64,000 nt of DNA from an uncultured Candidatus Saccharibacteria bacterium (GCA_964350645.1 CAYGJY010000001.1:208621-272620); one strand, 5' to 3'; shown: positions 1 through 10,355, counted from the first letter of the stretch. Notes: a model not told the origin generated them from the letters alone. Numbers and translations: made by a program.

Positions 1-14
1 AGATAGTCAAATCA

Positions 15-215
15 ATGATTGGCTCTGTAATGGTTGGGATATTGGCCGCCTTAGCGATAAATACTCTTTTACTTCCACTAAGTATTTTTCAAATAGTTTC
101 TGTATTTAGAAACTCAAGAACTTACCATCGATGGATATTGTTACCAGCAGCATTTGTTGGACCGATATTTCTATGGCTTATCTATAGCAGCTTATCAAAT
201 GCTGTGTATATGTAA
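15..215 (+). CDS. small membrane protein, hypothetical (may be 5'-truncated by the window edge)
   Basis: 66-aa ORF with two hydrophobic segments. Confidence 0.5.
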   Translation: MIGSVMVGILAALAINTLLLPLSIFQIVSVFRNSRTYHRWILLPAAFVGPIFLWLIYSSLSNAVYM

Positions 216-330
216 CTGTAATTTTTTCAATATTTATCCAGTCTAGTGTTTGAAATGCATCCAACTGGTGGAGCATTGTAAAGAAACGTCAAGTGAGAAA
301 TCGCTTGGCTTTTTTTGTTATACTGACGTT

Positions 331-606
331 ATGAATGAATTTATTATCCATGGGTGTGAGCAGGTATTACGATTTTCGTCAGTCGCCAATTGGGGCGACT
401 TGGCGGAAGACCGGCAAGTACAATTAGCTTTTAATATGGGAGTAGTGTCACTTGGCCTTAATCTAGCAAAAGAAGCCGGCTACGACTGGATTGCCGGAGC
501 GCGTGCTGGCACTGTTTCAATGCAAGCATTTCACGAGCATGTTCGGTCGCTTGTGATAACTTATGCAGTTTTAGTAAATGAAGAGAATGTACGCAAACCA
601 ATTTAG
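331..606 (+). CDS. hypothetical protein
   Basis: ORF 250..606; start moved to ATG 331, which lies 6 nt after TGT-TATACT (316-324). Confidence 0.65.
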   Translation: MNEFIIHGCEQVLRFSSVANWGDLAEDRQVQLAFNMGVVSLGLNLAKEAGYDWIAGARAGTVSMQAFHEHVRSLVITYAVLVNEENVRKPI

Positions 607-639
607 TTTTCAAGAGTTTATTTAGTTTAATATATTTAT

Positions 640-1296
640 ATGATAGTTATAACTGGGGCAAGTGATGGGTTAGGATTGCAGGTGGCAAAATTATATAAAG
701 AAGCTGGTAAGACGGTGGTGAATATATCCCGAACAGAATGTGAGTACGCTGATGTGAATATTTGTTTGTCACTGCGCGAAGGATCAGAAATTAAAGAAGC
801 TGCAGAGCAGGTTTTAGCGCTCGAAGAACCATTGGAGGCGCTGATTAACTGTGCAGGAGTCTTGTCGATACAGAAATTAGGTGAGGTTACTGAAGATGAA
901 ATTAAGCGCCTCATGTCGACAAATATAAAACCGATGATTTTGCTAGTCTCTGGTATGGTTGGTCGTATCAGAAAAGACGAGACTGATATTGTAAATGTGG
1001 CATCAACTGTTGGACTAAAAGGGTACGTAGATCAAGCAGTGTACGGAGCCTCTAAGTGGGCAGTCAGAGGTTTTAGTAAAAATCTACAGGAAGAGTTCAA
1101 GGGAAGACCGAACCGTGTGATTAGTTTCTGTCCAGGTGGTTTTAAGAGTAAAATATTTGAGAAGGCAACCGGTACTGATATAACCGAAAATGAAGACCAG
1201 TGGATGCAAGCTGCAGATGTTGCTCTGGCACTGAAACAAACACTTGATCTGCCAAAAAACATGGAGGTGAGTGAGATTGTCATTAATCGTAAATAA
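640..1296 (+). CDS. short-chain dehydrogenase/reductase (SDR)
   Basis: TGASDGLG Rossmann motif, NCAG, YGASK catalytic motif, CPGG. Confidence 0.93.
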   Translation: MIVITGASDGLGLQVAKLYKEAGKTVVNISRTECEYADVNICLSLREGSEIKEAAEQVLALEEPLEALINCAGVLSIQKLGEVTEDEIKRLMSTNIKPMILLVSGMVGRIRKDETDIVNVASTVGLKGYVDQAVYGASKWAVRGFSKNLQEEFKGRPNRVISFCPGGFKSKIFEKATGTDITENEDQWMQAADVALALKQTLDLPKNMEVSEIVINRK

Positions 1297-1341
1297 AGAT
1301 TCTATTGTCTTGACCAGAAGATGAATAAAGAGGATTATTGA

Positions 1342-1371
1342 TTGACAAAGGACAATATTGTGATATATTCT
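1342..1371 (+). promoter_or_regulatory. sigma70-type promoter of cspA, followed by a ~90-nt 5' UTR
   Basis: TTGACA at 1342-1347 and TATATT at 1364-1369. Confidence 0.6.
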
Positions 1372-1462
1372 TAGGAATCAAATATGACTGGTTCTGAATC
1401 AAAGTCGAGTTTTGTAACTCAGTGTTAAGTGTTTGATATTAGAAACTAGTTTCACTATAGAA

Positions 1463-1663
1463 ATGCAAACAGGAAAAATCGCGAACATCAATGATCGTGG
1501 CTTCGGTTTCATCGCTCAAGAAGGGCAGGAGAAAGATCTTTTCTTCCACATGAACGAACTACAGAACGTTGAATTCGATGAGCTCCGAGAAGGAGACGAA
1601 GTTACCTTCGAAGTCGCACAAGGCGACAAAGGACCAAACGCTATCAAAGTTAGCAAGGTTTAA
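1463..1663 (+). CDS. cspA: cold-shock protein
   Basis: RGFGFI (RNP1), LFFH (RNP2), KGPNA; 66 aa from ATG 1463. Confidence 0.95.
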   Translation: MQTGKIANINDRGFGFIAQEGQEKDLFFHMNELQNVEFDELREGDEVTFEVAQGDKGPNAIKVSKV

Positions 1664-1670
1664 GCCATCA

Positions 1671-1701
1671 AAAACCCCTCGTCTTAGGACGAGGGGTTTT
1701 T
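1671..1701 (+). terminator. intrinsic terminator
   Basis: AAAACCCCTCGTC-TTAG-GACGAGGGGTTTTT. Confidence 0.85.
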
Positions 1702-1745
1702 GTATGCCAGCTGACAGAAAAACTGCGACTTGGTACACTGTGTCT

Positions 1746-2171
1746 ATGAGTGAGATACGCTATGAGTGGGCTCAGAGCAAAGAGTCTTTGGAGGTGATCG
1801 CAAACGATGCTGCCTATGAGTGGGAGCATAATCCCGAGTATTTTAGTGAGCTGCTGCACTTTAAGCGAGCGCTAGTGGCGTATGTTGGTGAGCAGCCAGT
1901 CGGGTATTTATTGTTTCAGGTTATTTGGGGAAATACTCCGTTCTTATCACAGGTTTGGATCCATGCATCAATGCAAGAAAAGGGGATTGGGCGGACAATG
2001 GTATCGATGCTGGAAGAGCGGCTTAAAACAGAAGGGTATAATTCACTAACTACGTCTAATGAGACTAAAAATACTGGAGCAATCCAGTTTGTTGAAAAGC
2101 TGGGCTTTGAAGAGATTGGCACATTGCAGATGGGTCACGGACCAGAGGTGTTTTCAATTAAGAAATTATAG
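1746..2171 (+). CDS. GNAT family N-acetyltransferase
   Basis: QEKGIGR acetyl-CoA motif, NTGAIQFVEKLGF; ATG 1746 lies 6 nt after TACACT. Confidence 0.88.
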   Translation: MSEIRYEWAQSKESLEVIANDAAYEWEHNPEYFSELLHFKRALVAYVGEQPVGYLLFQVIWGNTPFLSQVWIHASMQEKGIGRTMVSMLEERLKTEGYNSLTTSNETKNTGAIQFVEKLGFEEIGTLQMGHGPEVFSIKKL

Positions 2172-2173
2172 TC

Positions 2174-3037
2174 GTGCCTGAACTGCCAGAAGTAGAAACA
2201 GTACGGATTCAGCTGCGACGCAAAGTAGTCGGTAAGGTAATTAGTGGTGTGGAAGTATTTCATAATAAGACGGTGGGGTATGACGAGGCGATCGAAGATC
2301 GCCTCCTGCAGAAGGAGATCAGTGATATCGATCGGATCGGTAAGTTACTTATTTTTGGCTTCAAGGACGAAGACGATTTATTTTTATTGGCTCATCTGAA
2401 GATGACGGGGCAATTTTTTTATGTTGATGAGGAGGGTGATGTCAGTGGCGGCGGCCATTCCATGGCCGCCGCCGATCTTGACTTGCCAGGTCGACATACT
2501 CGCGTGACGTTTCATTTTACTGATAAGACGGCATTACATTTTAATGATATGCGCTTGTTTGGCTACGCCAAGTTGGCTGATGCCGCTGAGGTTGTGGGGG
2601 CACGGGCTGGCTTTGGTCCTGAGCCAATTGATCCTGAGTTTGATTGCACGTGGTTTTCAGATACGCTCCGCAAGAAAAATACGCCAGTAAAGGCCGCTCT
2701 GTTGAATCAAGCGTTTGTGGCCGGACTGGGCAATATTTATGTTGATGAAGCGCTCTGGCGGGCCAAAGTGCGCCCTATGCGTAAAGCTACTAAGGTTACG
2801 AAGTCAGAGGCGGCAGTGCTCTGCACTGCCGCCGGCGACGTCATGCGTGAATCAATTGAGGTCGGTGGTACCACCTTTCAGCACTTTAAAGACACTGGCG
2901 GGGAGAATGGTAATTTTACTGACTATCTAAAAGTGTTTGGTCAACAAGGAAAAGAGTGTTCACGCTGTGGAACTATTATCAAAAAAACCCGGTGTGCCGG
3001 GCGCGGGACGCATTATTGTCCAGGCTGTCAGAGTTAA
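2174..3037 (+). CDS. mutM: formamidopyrimidine-DNA glycosylase
   Basis: MPELPEVE N-terminus, HLKMTG, GLGNIYVDE H2TH motif, C-terminal C4 zinc finger. Confidence 0.97.
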   Translation: MPELPEVETVRIQLRRKVVGKVISGVEVFHNKTVGYDEAIEDRLLQKEISDIDRIGKLLIFGFKDEDDLFLLAHLKMTGQFFYVDEEGDVSGGGHSMAAADLDLPGRHTRVTFHFTDKTALHFNDMRLFGYAKLADAAEVVGARAGFGPEPIDPEFDCTWFSDTLRKKNTPVKAALLNQAFVAGLGNIYVDEALWRAKVRPMRKATKVTKSEAAVLCTAAGDVMRESIEVGGTTFQHFKDTGGENGNFTDYLKVFGQQGKECSRCGTIIKKTRCAGRGTHYCPGCQS

Positions 3038-3038
3038 T

Positions 3039-4388
3039 TCACTGACATTTTTTACCGACGTGATAGTGCATATAGAGTAGTGAGAGTATGGTTGCACTCC
3101 AGATAATGCCAAAGATACTCCACCACATTGCTGTAATGTGGTACTGAAGTACTACAACAAAGATATAAAATAGCGGTATCGGTAGGATGACTTGACGGAG
3201 TAGTCCAAGGACGAAAGGAAATGCTGGACGTTTAAGTCCACGCAAAACTGAATCTGTGACGAAAATAATTCCGTAAGCCCACGTCATTAGACCCGCGACG
3301 TATAAGTATTCTTTTCCAAAAGTAAGTACGGCTATATCGTCTGAAAAAAAGTTCATGACAAAACCTCCAGCGGTAAAAATAAGTAAGCTGGCGACTGTTG
3401 CAATTATCAGACTGTAGTGTAAACCAACCTTAACAATCTCTTTCACTCGGTCATATTTTTTAGCACCGTTATTTTGTCCGATAAGCGTGAGGACGGCAGT
3501 ATTGATACCAATTCCTGGGATTAAGACAATTTGTTCGACTCGTAGTGCTGCTCCATATCCAGCGACGGCAGCGCTGCCAAATGTACTAATAAAGTAGGTG
3601 ATAATAAATGAGCCAAGAGCAATCGTCATCATCGACAAACTAGCTGGTAATCCTTGCTCAGTAATGTCCCAGAAGAATTTTCGAATTGGATAAGTATGCT
3701 CCCGCAAATCAGCGAGAGATAGAATTTCTTTTTGATAGACACGGTAGGCAAGGTATATGACACCAATGGCATTGGTGCCAACAGTGGCTAGTGCGATTCC
3801 CATAACGCCAAGGGCTGGGAAGCCAAGCCAGCCAAAAGCAAACCAGGGACTAAACAATAGGTTAAGGAAGAAGCCAAGAATAAGGACATTACGGAAGGCT
3901 TTGGTGTCACCAATGGCGTTTAAAAGACCATTAAGTATAAAGGTCATGCTGAGGAAAATCGAACCAAAGAAAATTGGCTGCATGTAAGAGAGTGCAGTAG
4001 CTAGGTAGTCGCCTTCAGCGCCAAGGATTTTGAATAAGAAAGGGGAAGCCAAATAGCCTACGACAGATAAAAGTAGTGACATGATAATGCCGTAGGAGAT
4101 AGCTTGAGCGGCGTACTGACGGGCACCAATTTCGTCATCAGCCCCTAGTTGGTTCGACATTAGAGCAGTCACTCCGGTGCCAATTCCAGCAGATACAGCA
4201 ATAATGATAAAGAAGACCGGGAAGGAGATTGAGAGTGAAGCGAGTGATTCTGGTGATATCTGTCCGGCGATCCAGGTGTCGACTACGTTGTACATCGTGT
4301 TAAAGAAAAAGCCGATGGCAGCTGGAATAGCGAGCGCACGTAATAACTTTGGGATCGGTTCGGTTAACAGATGATGGTCGTGCGTCAT
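3039..4388 (-). CDS. MATE family efflux transporter
   Basis: 449 aa, ~12 TM segments, YNVVDT and GQNNGA MATE signatures. Confidence 0.93.
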   Translation of the reverse strand: MTHDHHLLTEPIPKLLRALAIPAAIGFFFNTMYNVVDTWIAGQISPESLASLSISFPVFFIIIAVSAGIGTGVTALMSNQLGADDEIGARQYAAQAISYGIIMSLLLSVVGYLASPFLFKILGAEGDYLATALSYMQPIFFGSIFLSMTFILNGLLNAIGDTKAFRNVLILGFFLNLLFSPWFAFGWLGFPALGVMGIALATVGTNAIGVIYLAYRVYQKEILSLADLREHTYPIRKFFWDITEQGLPASLSMMTIALGSFIITYFISTFGSAAVAGYGAALRVEQIVLIPGIGINTAVLTLIGQNNGAKKYDRVKEIVKVGLHYSLIIATVASLLIFTAGGFVMNFFSDDIAVLTFGKEYLYVAGLMTWAYGIIFVTDSVLRGLKRPAFPFVLGLLRQVILPIPLFYIFVVVLQYHITAMWWSIFGIIWSATILSLLYMHYHVGKKCQ

Positions 4389-4449
4389 GAAATGTCTTCA
4401 ACAATGAATCGTAGTATACTATAGAGGATTAACAATTAATCAATTCGTT

Positions 4450-4758
4450 ATGCTTACACTGTATTACAAACCAACCTGTCCTTTTTGTCAGCGAGTGTTG
4501 GGTGAAGCCGAAGATGTGGGAATTAAATTTAACTTAAAAGATATTGCTGCTGATGATGCGGTTGCTGCCGAACTGATAGAACGAGGGGGGAAGCGGATGG
4601 TACCATATCTAGTTGATGAAGACCGTGCTGTCGAAATGTACGAATCAGGCGATATTATTGATTATTTAAAAGAGCATTATCCAAACGGTTCTGGAGCAGA
4701 TACTCACAATGGTCTGCGAATTCATAAAAGCGACGAAGCGTGCGACACTTGCCAATAA
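4450..4758 (+). CDS. glutaredoxin / GST N-terminal-like protein with a C-terminal CxxC tail
   Basis: CPFC, GGKRMVPYL, MYESGDII; ends ACDTCQ. Confidence 0.88.
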   Translation: MLTLYYKPTCPFCQRVLGEAEDVGIKFNLKDIAADDAVAAELIERGGKRMVPYLVDEDRAVEMYESGDIIDYLKEHYPNGSGADTHNGLRIHKSDEACDTCQ

Positions 4759-4770
4759 TATTCACTATAT

Positions 4771-5136
4771 ATGTCATTTCCTACGATACAATTTAAATTT
4801 ACTAGTATTGATCAATCTGAAACACCACACGTGTTACTTGAAGATAAGTTTCAATCCCTCGGAAAATTTGTTGGTGAAGAAACTGACGTAAAGTGTGAAG
4901 TTGAATTTGAAAAAGTTACCAACAGCAAATCCGGCGAAGTTCATCGAGTCGAGGCTAACTTGTGGTTGCATGGCAAGATGTACCGGGCTGAAGCCACTGA
5001 AAACAGCTTTGAAGCAGCGACTGACGAAGTCCGCAATGAGCTCGATAAAGAATTGCGTCGCGCCAATGACAAGCGTCATAGTCTTATCAAGCGTGGCGGC
5101 CGAGCGATCAAGGAGATGCTTCGGTTTAGCAAGTAG
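4771..5136 (+). CDS. hpf: ribosome hibernation factor, short HPF/RaiA
   Basis: S30AE-like pattern (VEANL...RAEAT.NSFEAATDEV..EL..EL). Confidence 0.85.
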   Translation: MSFPTIQFKFTSIDQSETPHVLLEDKFQSLGKFVGEETDVKCEVEFEKVTNSKSGEVHRVEANLWLHGKMYRAEATENSFEAATDEVRNELDKELRRANDKRHSLIKRGGRAIKEMLRFSK

Positions 5137-5139
5137 CAT

Positions 5140-6075
5140 ATGGAACAGCCAAAGACACCCAAGGCAGCCACCAGGACCTTCTTAAATGATGCGAGATCTA
5201 GTATAGAGCCACAGATTGAGATTGACTTTGAAACGAGCAAGTCAGAGATGTACGCTCTGACGGCGTATTTTATTGAGCTTGCTATGGCTGATTTAGAAGC
5301 ATGGCAGGCAGCTAATCCGGGTATGGTGCAATATCGTGAAGTAACTCAGTATGATAGTGAAACAGATGAAATTAATACTTCACTACGTGTAACAAATGCC
5401 GCTGAATACTTAAATGAAACTGATACTGAAATCTTGCTGAAGAAAATTAGTAATGTCATTTGGGGATCGGTAGCAGATAGTGTACGAAAAGTAATGGAAA
5501 GTGCTGCAAATGAAACTTCAAACGACAATCCAGTCTTTAAGTACAAAGCCTATAGACGCCTCGCTCGTTTATTGGTCTCACGAGATGGGGGTCGCACTGA
5601 ATATGTCACAGACTTTATAGCTGACGCTGCTGCAGCCCCAGCTATGTCAATTCCGGCCGTATACTATGCTGGCTTACAAAAATTTAAACAAGCGTATGGT
5701 CACTATCCCACGTCTGATTCGGAGCTAGAGCAATTATCGCGCGCCCTAGAACCAGTTTTACTTCAAATTGCTCAGTTCAACAGAAAAGAGGTGGAGCTGC
5801 TAGCTGATCCGATCAGACCAGATGAGCCTACTGATCCACTGCGAGTGGACGGGTTGGTTGAATTAATTGAAATGCACCAAACTGATACTGGCTTTAGATT
5901 TACTGCTGAACGGACAAAAGATTTGATTAAGAATGCTGAGCCGAAATTAGTAGATGCGACTGTTGGGTGCCCATCACTGTATGCAATGCGCGATGGTAAA
6001 AATGTAGCTCGATTTTTATTTGAGTATGCTACGAGTTTGTTAAAGCAATCACCTTTATTTAAAAACGGGCAATAA
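5140..6075 (+). CDS. hypothetical protein
   Basis: 311-aa ORF starting 3 nt after the hpf stop; no recognised motif. Confidence 0.75.
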   Translation: MEQPKTPKAATRTFLNDARSSIEPQIEIDFETSKSEMYALTAYFIELAMADLEAWQAANPGMVQYREVTQYDSETDEINTSLRVTNAAEYLNETDTEILLKKISNVIWGSVADSVRKVMESAANETSNDNPVFKYKAYRRLARLLVSRDGGRTEYVTDFIADAAAAPAMSIPAVYYAGLQKFKQAYGHYPTSDSELEQLSRALEPVLLQIAQFNRKEVELLADPIRPDEPTDPLRVDGLVELIEMHQTDTGFRFTAERTKDLIKNAEPKLVDATVGCPSLYAMRDGKNVARFLFEYATSLLKQSPLFKNGQ

Positions 6076-6093
6076 TTTGAAATTAAACCTTCT

Positions 6094-6827
6094 ATGACTG
6101 AAGAACCGAGTTCTGAACCATCTGCACGACACGAACAGAATAAAATAAAACTTTCTACCATATATTCACTTGCAACAACTAAGTGGGGTAGCTTTCCTGT
6201 GGGTGAGCGGCAAGCGGCATTAAGTGAGGTCGGCAACTTTTCCTTTAACCAACTCTGTCAAAACATTTACTCTGATCTTGATTCAAGGTCAATGAGTGAG
6301 TTCCAAGATTATTTTGAACATTTATCACAAGATGCAAATGTTAAAAATGCTTTAGCAGCAGGTTTACAGCAAACGCACATATATTTAGCTTTTGCGCTGG
6401 TTATGGTGACAGAAGCAAAAGCTCGATACCATATTTATTAGAGCCAGCAGAAGACATAAAAGTTGCTTTTGAACTGCGTACTATTCATAGTGAGATTACA
6501 AGTAAAGGTATAGACCACGATGATTTTGAGTGGGAAAACCTCGAGTATATAAAGATGGCTCATGAGATTTACGCTGACTTACAGTCTGAATTTGATAGTA
6601 AAATTAATGAAACTGATCCTGTTGACGTACCTGAAGATGGGCCGATCGGAGCTGACACTAGTCCGTTTGCAGGTTACTCAGTGTTTCAGTTACGCAATGT
6701 GATTGATGCCATTAGTCCCAATACTCCCGCGAAGACTTTGTTTTTACTTGAGGAATATTTGGCCACGAGCGTTGAGTCGCTGAGTAATACACTTGAAACT
6801 TACCGCCGGAGATCAACAGGCGATTAA
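6094..6827 (+). pseudogene. hypothetical protein split by an apparent 1-nt frameshift
   Basis: ORF 6094..6441 and the frame of 6555..6827 (open from 6345) overlap and can be joined at the A-run 6417-6420. Confidence 0.6.
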
Positions 6828-6873
6828 TTACTAGGCCCACACAGGGAACAGGAATAGACCAATCTGCTTTACG

Positions 6874-7749
6874 CTACTGCCTCGCTACCCAGGTCTCAAA
6901 TGATGTTTCAGCCTTACCTTCAGGAATAATTTTTTCTATTACCAGACTTCCGTCTGAAGAAAGTGAAGCTTTAGTTATTTTGATGCGTTTGCCCTGGTGC
7001 ATAAAAAAGGTGCCGGGGAAGCCATCATAGGCGCGGATCTTGAGGAGGGTTTGGTAAGCCGTGTCACCAATTGGCAGGTTGTGAGGGTCTAGCTTTAGTT
7101 CACCGTCAGCTTTGGTCATTTTTTTGGTAAAGGTGGCCTGGTTGTGGTCTTGCTCCAGAGGGGTGATCTTGCCAGCTACCCAGAGTGGAATAGTGGCAGC
7201 TAAAAGCGCTCCACCCATGTGTGCTAAAGCAAGGTCAAGTTCTCGGCCTGGTATTGGCCAGTTTTCAGGAGTAATGTCCATCGGCATCTGCGCGACAATT
7301 GGGCCGTGATCCATCTTGGCATCAAGCTGCATGACGGTAACGCCGATAGTGTCTTTATCGTCAGCCAGAATTGCTTCCCGGATTGGATTACAGCCACGGT
7401 ATTTTGGCAGTAGTGAAGGATGAAGATTGAGGGTTTTATGGGTTGGTAGATCAAGAAGCCACTGGGGAAGAATGTGATTGTAGGCGACAACAACAAAAAG
7501 GTCATACTTGCTTAGCTTGACAGTGGCAGCCGACTGATCTTTCAGATCAGTCGGCTGCCACACATCGATACCATGTTCTTCCGCCCACTGTTTTACCGGA
7601 GGTGGCGTCAACTTGTTGCCGCGACCAGCCGGTCGGTCAGGATTGCAAACAATCAAACTAGGTACCAAGCCAACTGTCTTGAGTTCCTCAAGTGCCGGAA
7701 CCCCAAGTGGCTCACCGCCAAAATAGACAAAACGTAGATTATTCAACAT
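6874..7749 (-). CDS. fmt: methionyl-tRNA formyltransferase
   Basis: PDRPAGRG, NLHPSLLPKYRG, MDHGPI; overlaps def. Confidence 0.96.
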   Translation of the reverse strand: MLNNLRFVYFGGEPLGVPALEELKTVGLVPSLIVCNPDRPAGRGNKLTPPPVKQWAEEHGIDVWQPTDLKDQSAATVKLSKYDLFVVVAYNHILPQWLLDLPTHKTLNLHPSLLPKYRGCNPIREAILADDKDTIGVTVMQLDAKMDHGPIVAQMPMDITPENWPIPGRELDLALAHMGGALLAATIPLWVAGKITPLEQDHNQATFTKKMTKADGELKLDPHNLPIGDTAYQTLLKIRAYDGFPGTFFMHQGKRIKITKASLSSDGSLVIEKIIPEGKAETSFETWVARQ

Positions 7750-8275
7750 CAGCTTCTTTTAGACTTTTATGTTTAAGTTCATCTTTGTGCCAAACTTTTT
7801 CGGCGCGGTCAGTAAAGAGGATGCCATCGAGATGATCGATTTCATGCTGGATGATTTGCGCTAAAAGACCGCCGGCGCCTCGCTCAAAGCTCGCGCCAGA
7901 CTCGTCGGTTGCGCGCATGGTGACGTTACGGTGTCGAAGAACTTCACCATAGTAGTCAGGGACTGATAAACAGCCTTCACCAACAACGTGTGATTTTTTT
8001 GATGATTTAGTGATGACTGGATTGATTGCGACCATAGTAGGAAGTGATTCGTCTCGGTCGCTACTTTGATCATTAATCAGGAAAAGTCGTTTACTTACAC
8101 CAATTTGTGGTGCAGCAATCGCTACCGCGACAAACCCGTCGACGTTGTAGGTTTTGAGGGCGGCTTTCATGTCTTTTACCAACTTAGCAACAAAACCACT
8201 CTCAATTTCTTCTTGAGTAATTTCTTCGGCAATCGAATGCAGGGCGGGGTGGTTTTCTGGGACTAAGGTAGCCAT
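7739..8275 (-). CDS. def: peptide deformylase
   Basis: IAAPQIG, EGCLS, QHEIDHLDG. Confidence 0.97.
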   Translation of the reverse strand: MATLVPENHPALHSIAEEITQEEIESGFVAKLVKDMKAALKTYNVDGFVAVAIAAPQIGVSKRLFLINDQSSDRDESLPTMVAINPVITKSSKKSHVVGEGCLSVPDYYGEVLRHRNVTMRATDESGASFERGAGGLLAQIIQHEIDHLDGILFTDRAEKVWHKDELKHKSLKEADVE

Positions 8276-8315
8276 AGGTCAACGTACTATAGCGTATTTG
8301 CTGGCAAAAATCACT

Positions 8316-10208
8316 CTAAATGATCCGGTCAGGATTGATCTCGATCTTGATTGACGGTGGCAGATTACGGAGAATATCGATGAGGCTTTTATCTGGCCAG
8401 GCTATTTTGGGTACGCGGATTAGACCGAAACGTTTGGTTTTTTGTACAAGTGATTGCGGTGCGGAATAAAACTTTGGTTTGTGGGCTGCCAATATTGTCG
8501 CTAGTTTTTCTTCAGTCACCATGACGCCGTCTTTGGTGTCTTGCCAGGATAACAAAACAAACGTGGAGAATGGTGGGTACGATAAGGATTCCCGGAGACT
8601 GAGTTCGTCATTATAAAATTGTTCCACTAGCCCTTGTGTTGCGTGCTCGATAAGTTGATCCGGTTCGGTACGCGTTTGCACGTAGACAGTTTCAGTGGTC
8701 TTTTCGCGAAGTTCTAAGAGAAGGCTAAAAAATTCCTCTTCAGCCCGCCAACTTGGTATAGCGCGGGCAGCATCATGTGAAGTTATTGCTGTCGTAGTAA
8801 CTGGTGAGTCAATGTACGGTAAGGCCATCTGGGTACCCAAGAGGATTGCACCACGCGTGTCATAAAATTTAGCCATCAGGACGCGAGCTTTTTTGATTGT
8901 TGTGGCAGTTGTATGGTCAAACAAAATAACTGGACACTCTGGCAAGAGGTGATGAAGTTCAGTGTGGATGTGCTGGATTCCAATACCTCGTTCGCGCAAT
9001 CGCCATGAACCGCAAGCAGTGCAGGTATCAGGAGCATGAATCCGTTTGCCTGATACTGGCGAGAGAAACCAACGTTGCTCCTCTCCGTTATGGGTGGTTT
9101 TAAATAATGAGTAGGGAGTACCAGAGTCAGGGCAGCGAAAAATATGTCCACAATCAATACAAACAACTACAGGAGCCAAACCACGACGGGCAGCATAGAT
9201 AAATGACTGGCCGCGGTTTTTGCTGGTAGTTGCAAGAGCGTTAGTTAGCTCATCGGAAAACAATGCGAACGGTTTTTCGGCCGAAGCGATGTTTTCTTGT
9301 TGGATGATCTGTAGTTTTGCAGTGAAGTTAATACGTTTCGGTTGCTCGGTTGTTGTGGCGTACAGTTCTTCACGTCGAAAGTATTCTTCTTCAGCGCGTG
9401 GCAAGAGATCGCCGAACGTGATAGTTCGATTCGTGACTTTAGCTAAAGTCTTCAGGACTTCACGATGGTCAAGATATGGCCGGTGACGGCTGTGGTAGTG
9501 CTTGTTACGTGATTCGTCCACAATGATGTGGGTGATGTCATGGCGATCAAGATACGCATGGGCAGGCGTGGTAATAATCAGTTTAGCGTTAGTGAGATCA
9601 TAGTATGAAGCGTAGGCAGCTTGGAGTTTTTTCTTAGTCAGGGTTGGAGAGAAGACGACTAGGCGTTTTTCGATGCCATGCGAAAGGGCTTCAACAGCAG
9701 CGTCAATATGTGCGCTGGTTGGTACTACAAATAACACCGAACCGCGATGCGCAAATACTTCACGGATCTTGCTGCGGTAAGCGATTAAGCGGTCAGCTTT
9801 GGTTGCTTCTAAAATATCGACTTCAGGTCGAATATCAGCGTGTGACACGGGCGTGGTGTATTGTACTTTTGTTTCACCTTCACGAACTTCAATTGGCAAT
9901 AAACTATATAAAATACTGCCAAGATGAGCTGGATAGAGTCGCTGGAGGGCTTTGGCCGTTTCGATGAGTGAAGGTGGTAAGGGGTTGGTTACCACTTGAT
10001 CAGGGAGTTTTTTGAGCGAGAAGGTAGCAGCGCGCACTGCCGTGCGCGCTGCAGACACCGGTGAGTTCTTCACTACAATTGCAGATACTGTTGATTTCCG
10101 TACGGGTACATCAAGAATTATTCCCGGGTCATAAGCCTTACTGGAATAATACGTGAGTGACTCAATGTTCGAGCCGCGCTTTAAGGGAATCACCTCAACA
10201 ATAAACAT
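8316..10208 (-). CDS. priA: primosomal protein N'-like protein with a degenerate helicase
   Basis: LTY/VPVR N-domain, RRG..PVVVCIDCG..CPD, CTACG, RGIGI, YPPF; ATG 10208 lies 6 nt after TACCAT. Confidence 0.85.
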   Translation of the reverse strand: MFIVEVIPLKRGSNIESLTYYSSKAYDPGIILDVPVRKSTVSAIVVKNSPVSAARTAVRAATFSLKKLPDQVVTNPLPPSLIETAKALQRLYPAHLGSILYSLLPIEVREGETKVQYTTPVSHADIRPEVDILEATKADRLIAYRSKIREVFAHRGSVLFVVPTSAHIDAAVEALSHGIEKRLVVFSPTLTKKKLQAAYASYYDLTNAKLIITTPAHAYLDRHDITHIIVDESRNKHYHSRHRPYLDHREVLKTLAKVTNRTITFGDLLPRAEEEYFRREELYATTTEQPKRINFTAKLQIIQQENIASAEKPFALFSDELTNALATTSKNRGQSFIYAARRGLAPVVVCIDCGHIFRCPDSGTPYSLFKTTHNGEEQRWFLSPVSGKRIHAPDTCTACGSWRLRERGIGIQHIHTELHHLLPECPVILFDHTTATTIKKARVLMAKFYDTRGAILLGTQMALPYIDSPVTTTAITSHDAARAIPSWRAEEEFFSLLLELREKTTETVYVQTRTEPDQLIEHATQGLVEQFYNDELSLRESLSYPPFSTFVLLSWQDTKDGVMVTEEKLATILAAHKPKFYSAPQSLVQKTKRFGLIRVPKIAWPDKSLIDILRNLPPSIKIEINPDRII

Positions 10209-10355
10209 ACCACCATGGTAGCAGAGTTTCTCTCTGGCAAAAAATCTCATAAAATAGCCCAACATATCTCTAAATCACAGTTGATTCGACCAATGAGGCT
10301 TGTAGTATGAGATAATACTAGGTATAACTATGTGGTCTATTTTTAGCCAATCTAC

